Source: a virus (Duplodnaviria > Caudoviricetes). From it: a stretch of 64,000 bases of DNA. How positions within the stretch are numbered: position 1 is the first letter of the stretch; each line of letters starts with the position of its first letter. Shown here piece after piece: positions 58,556 to 64,000 of this stretch. Location of the stretch: IMG/VR virus record IMGVR_UViG_3300020050_009209, one strand, 5' to 3'. Under the pieces are notes generated by a model that worked only from the letters and a program-made list of their open reading frames with translations, did not search any database and had not been told where the DNA came from. The position numbers and the translations under genes were made by a program.

Positions 58556-59294
58556 GCGCCTCGAACTTCTCCGGGCACTTTCTCTTCAGCTCCTGTGGCT
58601 CTTCAATGTAGGCCCGGAAACTCTCTGCCACATCCTCTACGCCGGGCTTATGCTCGGCGTAGTCTGAGATGAATGGAGGGTTACCCCATGGAGGGCCGTC
58701 AACCCGGTGTGTCTCCTCGAAGGCATGACCCAACTCATGAGTAAGTTGGGTCGTCCTAACCTTAGCGTCATAGCTTTTGTGAATCGAGAGATGCATCACT
58801 CCACCAGACCGCCAAGAGGCGTCCTCGGAACCCATAGGACCGCCAAGGTGAACCTTCTTGACAGACTGGGACCAAACCTGACGAGCCTTGGGCTTGAGCT
58901 TCTTGAACCCCGCAACCCACCCCAAGACAGCCTTCCCAGCCTCGGGGTCATTCTCGAATTTCATGTCTGGGACAACGCTGATCCCCATTTCTCGACCCAT
59001 AGCTAGGAAGGCGTCAACGAAGTCAACAGATTTCGTAGTTTTCGGAGCCTTAACCTTTGTACGCTCTACCAGGCTAACCTCATCTTCGTCTACGCCACGC
59101 GAACGAAGATATTCCCCTAGCTCTGTGACAGGGAACGGAGCAATGGCGTCATTCCGTAGAGACCGGACGAGCTGTTGAATGCGAGTCGTTGCATCCGGGG
59201 CTGCGTTGGCATCAAGTACTTTGAGGATAGCCTCCAGATGCTCCGGAGTAACGTTCTGAGATGCCGCAAATCTCGTAGCGACCCGCAGCGCCAT
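58539..59294 (-). CDS. zincin-like (HExxH) putative metallopeptidase with N-terminal RVATRF motif
   Basis: THELGHAFE ... ISDYAE...EDVAESF. Confidence 0.72.
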   Translation of the reverse strand: MALRVATRFAASQNVTPEHLEAILKVLDANAAPDATTRIQQLVRSLRNDAIAPFPVTELGEYLRSRGVDEDEVSLVERTKVKAPKTTKSVDFVDAFLAMGREMGISVVPDMKFENDPEAGKAVLGWVAGFKKLKPKARQVWSQSVKKVHLGGPMGSEDASWRSGGVMHLSIHKSYDAKVRTTQLTHELGHAFEETHRVDGPPWGNPPFISDYAEHKPGVEDVAESFRAYIEEPQELKRKCPEKFEALKKLV

Positions 59295-59416
59295 GTAGTC
59301 TTCTCTAGAGTTCAAAGAAGTAGTCCCTGTGTGGATGGTTACCTTTGCCTTCGTATAAGTTCCTTCCTCCTGCCCCTCCGCTTGGATAGTCTATTGGTGC
59401 AAGTTCAATACTCGAA

Positions 59417-59692
59417 ATGACCAATCGAAAAAAACAGGCACTTGCAGATAGAGATCATGTCTACCAGGCGTTGGATGACCTCGTAGACAGCTTTTTGGTG
59501 TATGACCGTAGAGAGGATGAAGATCTCCCTCAAGGGGTCATAGAGCGACTTATCGCGAAGGACACTATGTCAATCGACGACTTAGTAGATCGGTTTCGTG
59601 AAGGGCTCGAAGGGCACCTGGAGTCTATCGAGCCAGAAGATGATGAAGAAGATGAAGAAGAAGAGTACTTAGAGGAAGGGTACGATGGATGA
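59417..59692 (+). CDS. hypothetical acidic protein
   Basis: FLVYDRREDEDLP. Confidence 0.6.
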   Translation: MTNRKKQALADRDHVYQALDDLVDSFLVYDRREDEDLPQGVIERLIAKDTMSIDDLVDRFREGLEGHLESIEPEDDEEDEEEEYLEEGYDG

Positions 59693-59969
59693 CAAGGTAT
59701 TCGCTCTCTGTTTAGACTCAATCGCTAGTGAAGTAGCCGCTCAAGGCCTGACGATCGAGAAAATAAAAGTGAGCCCTGAAGTGTATCGACAACATGGGCA
59801 CCTACGGTACGCCCTAGCGGTCAACAACCAACTCCAGGGTTATGTCATTCAAGTAATCATTCCAAGCGACATGCCGTTCTTAGACCGCTTTATGGGGGAA
59901 GTACCTACTCTAGACCTTTTACAGGTCGTTGAGACCTATGAGGTCCGTAGTCGATTTGATCGTTTATAG
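59685..59969 (+). CDS. hypothetical protein ending SRFDRL
   Basis: overlapping operonic ORF. Confidence 0.6.
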   Translation: MDDKVFALCLDSIASEVAAQGLTIEKIKVSPEVYRQHGHLRYALAVNNQLQGYVIQVIIPSDMPFLDRFMGEVPTLDLLQVVETYEVRSRFDRL

Positions 59970-59981
59970 CTTGGGGTAGGT

Positions 59982-60719
59982 ATGGCACTACAGCTCCCCC
60001 CAAATGCCGGTCCTGCAAGAGACCAAGCGATCCTACACTACGTGCTTGGGAACAACTACGAGCACGAGTGGTCAAGAATCACCTCGACCCACGAAGGGCG
60101 GACCGCTGAGTTTTGGGTTTCCTCAGATGCCCTTAAAATAGAGGGTGTGCGTGTCAACCTGAATGCACGCTTGCAGCAGGATATTGCAGACTTCCTCGAT
60201 GGGTCTCTACTGACAGCTAAGTTGTGCGACCTCATGTGGGCGCAGAGGGAGATTACTATCCCGCCCTTCCCGAGGTCTATAACATCAAGCACGGAGGCTA
60301 TGCTCAAGCACTCCCTTGCTATTGACACCTACCTAAGTAATAGGTTCGATTCCTTAGGGGATGGAGTCAAGTCTACCGTAGGGAAAACTTGGGTCATAGA
60401 CAACAGCGTTAGTGCTAAGAAGGCCATGAACTATGGCTGGCACTTTCAGGGGTCCAGCTTCCAGGGCATCCAAGGCGAGCCTACAGCGTCCAACCTAAAG
60501 GATGAGGATGGGAACCTTGTACGCCTTATCCAAGGCAGGGGAACGCGTCATGGGCCGTCTCATGACGATTACAGTCAAGTTGGGTTGTTCGTATCTAGGG
60601 AGTGTCGAGTCGATGGTCAGGTCTTTGACCTGCATGACCTTCTCAACTCCACTACCTTAGCTCCACTGGCAAGCCATCAGGGCGTTGTCCGAGTTCTTCG
60701 GCAACCTAAGGAAACCTGA
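59982..60719 (+). CDS. conserved-looking hypothetical protein (possible enzyme)
   Basis: GKTWV, NYGWH, IQ...H...HDDYSQ. Confidence 0.65.
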   Translation: MALQLPPNAGPARDQAILHYVLGNNYEHEWSRITSTHEGRTAEFWVSSDALKIEGVRVNLNARLQQDIADFLDGSLLTAKLCDLMWAQREITIPPFPRSITSSTEAMLKHSLAIDTYLSNRFDSLGDGVKSTVGKTWVIDNSVSAKKAMNYGWHFQGSSFQGIQGEPTASNLKDEDGNLVRLIQGRGTRHGPSHDDYSQVGLFVSRECRVDGQVFDLHDLLNSTTLAPLASHQGVVRVLRQPKET

Positions 60720-61274
60720 ATGCTGGTAGTTACTCCTAGGGGTGAGATGCGCCCACTTGTAAGTGAGCGATTGCAACTCACCCCACTAAGTACCCAAGAC
60801 ACGACGGGGATGTTTGAGGGGGTAGAGGCCTCTCGCGCACAGCTCAAGCAATGGCTGCCTTGGGTCCCATTTGTCCACGACTTCGACTCAACGCTACGGT
60901 ATATCGAATCCAGTATGTCCGACTGGGACTCTGGAACGGCCTACCGTTTTGCAATCCATAACGAAGGCAAGTTTCTTGGAGTTATCGGTCTTGAGGGGGT
61001 CTCCCACATGCACGATAACGTAGAACTAGGCTACTGGATTCGATCAGATGTAGCTAGTCAAGGCTATACCACGGAAGCCGCAACTCTAATCCTACCCTGG
61101 GCATTCGCAGCTCGGGTTCACAGGGTTAGAGTTGCAGCTGCTACAACGAACCTAGCCTCCTTACGAGTGATACGTAAGTTGGGGTTCCACCATGAAGGAG
61201 TCTCCCGTGGTGCCGAGCGTTGTAACGGTAAGTGGCTAGACCACGAAGTGTTCTCGTTGCTTAAGACGGACTGA
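60720..61274 (+). CDS. RimJ/RimL-type GNAT acetyltransferase
   Basis: WLPWV, ELGYWI, QGYTTEA, NLASLRVIRKLGFHHEG. Confidence 0.88.
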   Translation: MLVVTPRGEMRPLVSERLQLTPLSTQDTTGMFEGVEASRAQLKQWLPWVPFVHDFDSTLRYIESSMSDWDSGTAYRFAIHNEGKFLGVIGLEGVSHMHDNVELGYWIRSDVASQGYTTEAATLILPWAFAARVHRVRVAAATTNLASLRVIRKLGFHHEGVSRGAERCNGKWLDHEVFSLLKTD

Positions 61275-62475
61275 ACTTACGGGTATTCGAAGGGCTGGGA
61301 GCTGAATCCTTAGCCTCAGCTGAAGTGACTCCCGCAAGGAGTTTCTTCATCAGTTTAATGCTAGCGATTACCTCTTCCGTGGTATCTCCACTTTGGAGAC
61401 GAAGAGCAATCTCCCTCACGTAGTCCTGAGAGAGCCCCTCGGAGGCGAGTACAAAAGAGTCGATATCCCACTGCATCGGGCTATCTTTCAAGTACCCTGA
61501 AAGAAGGCTCTTCCGCTCTTCGGGAGCTGGGAGAGGAAACTCAAACCACGTATCTACTCTACCAGGGCGTAGAAGCCCAGCGTCGAAGGAGTCTGTTGTG
61601 TTTGAGGTCAAGATTACGGATGTTTTGGGGTGGTCAATCTTGAACTTCTGGAGGAGGTCAAGGACTGTAGGCATGACCTTCGACAGGTCCGCCTTATCCA
61701 GATCATCGATGATTAGGAATTCTGGGTTCAGGCCATCCAGCAGAAATGACATCGCCTGCACCTCACAGTAAGCTAGGGTAGATGCATCGAACTTGAGAAT
61801 ACGGCTACCTAACCTAGAGGCGAATTCCATTGCGAATGAGGTCTTACCCGTACCTGGAGGTCCGAAAAACATGTAGGACCTAGGTACTCCTTGCGCTACC
61901 CAGGCTCGATGCCGCTGCACTCTTTTCTGCATTTGCACCTCAGCGTCACCATACAACGGACTATTCAGCACCCCAAAGCTTGTAAACTTGTGATCGATGC
62001 GACCCGACGAGTTCACTGCGGATACATGGATTCGACCGTCATAGACGCTCCACATCTTGTCGAACGCTTCCTCGAACACAAACCCCTTGGAGTGGTAGAA
62101 GGTTGGCTCCTTTCGACCATCGCTATACCGGTACTCTAGAAAGAACAGGCGCCCATGCGTTGGAGAGGTTGCCTCAATTACATCTAGGTACTCGGTAATC
62201 CCGTACTTGTGGACATGAAACTCATCTTTGAGCTTGGTATCGAAGAACAAGCTCACAAATTGAGCATTCATGGTTGAGTCAAGGTTGTACTTCTGAACGA
62301 GAGTTGCGGCTCCATGGTTTTTCCCAGGATTGACAGCGTCTTCGATGACGTCAATCAGCGAGAGGCACTTTACGAAAGTGGTAAAGGCAGAGTCCTCACT
62401 TTTTGGTAGCTTATCTGCCACCGCAGTAGCTACCTTGAGGCCTAGTCGAATACGATGGAAAAACTCTAGGTTCAT
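61261..62475 (-). CDS. AAA+ ATPase (BCS1-like)
   Basis: RSYMFFGPPGTGKTS, LIIDDLD, TSN, LLRPGRVD. Confidence 0.85.
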   Translation of the reverse strand: MNLEFFHRIRLGLKVATAVADKLPKSEDSAFTTFVKCLSLIDVIEDAVNPGKNHGAATLVQKYNLDSTMNAQFVSLFFDTKLKDEFHVHKYGITEYLDVIEATSPTHGRLFFLEYRYSDGRKEPTFYHSKGFVFEEAFDKMWSVYDGRIHVSAVNSSGRIDHKFTSFGVLNSPLYGDAEVQMQKRVQRHRAWVAQGVPRSYMFFGPPGTGKTSFAMEFASRLGSRILKFDASTLAYCEVQAMSFLLDGLNPEFLIIDDLDKADLSKVMPTVLDLLQKFKIDHPKTSVILTSNTTDSFDAGLLRPGRVDTWFEFPLPAPEERKSLLSGYLKDSPMQWDIDSFVLASEGLSQDYVREIALRLQSGDTTEEVIASIKLMKKLLAGVTSAEAKDSAPSPSNTRKFSPS

Positions 62476-63002
62476 GCGGTAAGTACCCCTGTCTCTGTGA
62501 TGTAGTCTTTGGTACTTAGAGCGGATAGTACACTAGAGTTCATTGTAAGTCCTGTCCCCTTTTGGGTGGCGTAGCGATTTACAGTGTGCTCCTTGTGTCC
62601 ATCTCGATAGGTGCGAGAGGGTAACCTTCGGACAGCGATTGTGTGGACCTGCGACCCTGAACCAGACTCGCCAAAATACGGGAGAAGCGTCATAGTGAGT
62701 GTACCACTTTTCTGTAGCAAGTACTGGTCTATCTCACTTATGGGAGTTACGGGGTTCAAGTTGTTTTCTAGGGGTATGTCGTTCTGAATGAAGTCGCCTA
62801 AGAGGTACAACCCTAGGTCAAAGGTTGGAGCAAGTACCACAACACTTGCTCCAAGACTGAACTTCAAGACATTGTGTGCCGCTCGAACGTCAAGCACTAG
62901 GTTGTTGGCCAAGACTACCCCACTGAGGTCAGGAAGAATTCGGTCGAATCTAGACCGCGTATCTTCCACATCTAGGTCCAACGTCCAGGTGTAACGATTC
63001 AT
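62472..63002 (-). CDS. hypothetical protein with N-terminal SRFDRI
   Basis: ATGA overlap with AAA gene. Confidence 0.55.
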   Translation of the reverse strand: MNRYTWTLDLDVEDTRSRFDRILPDLSGVVLANNLVLDVRAAHNVLKFSLGASVVVLAPTFDLGLYLLGDFIQNDIPLENNLNPVTPISEIDQYLLQKSGTLTMTLLPYFGESGSGSQVHTIAVRRLPSRTYRDGHKEHTVNRYATQKGTGLTMNSSVLSALSTKDYITETGVLTA

Positions 63003-63027
63003 ATTCTTCTTATCTCAAGGGTGAAGT

Positions 63028-63998
63028 ATGCCAAGTATCTTGACTAGAGTAGTACACCGGTATGCCGCAGCCACCAAGGTGGTGGTAGACCTACAGGCTA
63101 CTCTTCAAGCTCGCAGCAAGTACTCGCTGTTTTCGGATCTAATCATCGGCAAGTTCGACAGCACAACGACCATGTATCGAGTATTTGACGAGGTAGAGCT
63201 TGGACACATTCTAGCTTCCGGAAGGATCACGGGATATTTGACGAGGTAGAGCTTGGACACATTCTAGCTTCCGGAAGGATCACGGGAGGGAACTACTCTG
63301 TAAAGGCTGAGCGAGACCATGGGGCAAGTTGGGGGTCGAACATCAACGAAGTCATTCCTTGGGGGTTACGACAACTAGGGGGGCGTCTTGGACAAGAACT
63401 ATACCTAGCCAAGTTGGATGCCTTTGACGTGAGTTTTATGCACCTAGACCCCGGAGTGGCGATTGACCCCAATGGAGCCCCAGAGCAGACCATTGTGTTT
63501 GATACGAGTAGGTGTAATACAGGCCTAGGGTGCTCCCTCATCAACGTCAAGTTAGAGGACGTTGACATATTCAAGGTGAACTCACAAGGTCAGATCCAGC
63601 GGCAAAGCATCGCGGAGCTTAAGGCCGGTTTGAAGACCAAAGAAGAAGCGCCTAAGGAAGCCCCCACAGAAGACGTACCTGTAATCAACGACAAACTGAG
63701 GGACCCTACCTGGGAGCTGCAACCGAAAGCAAAAGTCATTGTCACGAAAGGATCCACACCGCTAGGAATTGGGGTGCGAGCTACAGCTCAGGTTGTAGAT
63801 GTATGGCAGCGTGTTGTGGGGGGTAAGCCTGAAAAGGAAGTCATGGTAAGGCTGCAATTCGTGTACCCCAGGAAGACCCCTGACAAGTGGACGCGAGAGC
63901 CAATTACCCTATACGCGACACATGCGAACAGACTGAAAGACCATGAGATAGCGCTTCTAGACAGCCGAGGTAGCCGGGTACTGATTAAGAAGCGCTAG
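63028..63998 (+). pseudogene. gene split by a 53-bp duplication; restores to 305 aa with RVVHRY motif and ART-like segment
   Basis: deleting one repeat copy joins ORF 63028 to ORF 63414 in frame. Confidence 0.75.
63182..63287 (+). repeat. perfect 53-bp tandem duplication (frameshifting)
   Basis: TATTTGACGAGGTAGAGCTTGGACACATTCTAGCTTCCGGAAGGATCACGGGA at 63182 and 63235. Confidence 0.95.
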
Positions 63999-64000
63999 GT

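Noticed and set aside
20790..63030. T-rich TTGATA/CTTATC-like element 13-17 nt upstream of several starts (20816, 22452, 45099, 59982, 63028)
   Set aside because: Sequence and spacing too variable to support by eye; would need motif discovery
22459..63287. Tandem repeats at 22459, 31397 and 63182 as CRISPR or DGR elements
   Set aside because: Two adjacent intragenic copies only, no spacer series, no adenine-specific variation, no cas or reverse transcriptase genes

Overview
Gene-dense, mostly plus-strand 64 kb segment that looks like a large (probably jumbo) tailed dsDNA bacteriophage genome. No rRNA, CRISPR array or complete tRNA is visible. Contents: a replication block (DnaB-like helicase, stand-alone primase zinc finger, family A DNA polymerase with a LAGLIDADG intein); a DUF2997/DUF1257(Ycf35)/Ycf46-AAA triad; nucleotide metabolism (5'(3')-deoxyribonucleotidase, ThyA, DHFR, MazG-like, RNase HII); ClpX, a J-domain protein, two more AAA ATPases and a vWA protein; a block of Thr/Ser/Gly/Ala-rich probable virion proteins; a solo-TnpB IS element; a Dam-type methylase; free-standing HNH and GIY-YIG endonucleases; and many small hypothetical ORFs. 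The main unexplained patterns are: (1) a shared N-terminal [RNK][VI][AVL]x[RK][FY] peptide on about 9 unrelated proteins, including three HELGH zincins, the J-domain protein and an ART-like protein; (2) a shared, mostly C-terminal [ST]R[FY][DE]R peptide on about 7 other unrelated proteins; (3) a complete homing endonuclease fused in frame inside ThyA with no intein or intron hallmarks; (4) a GGTGTA-N9-start motif ahead of genes lacking a Shine-Dalgarno. Family assignments come from motif recognition by eye; no searches were run.
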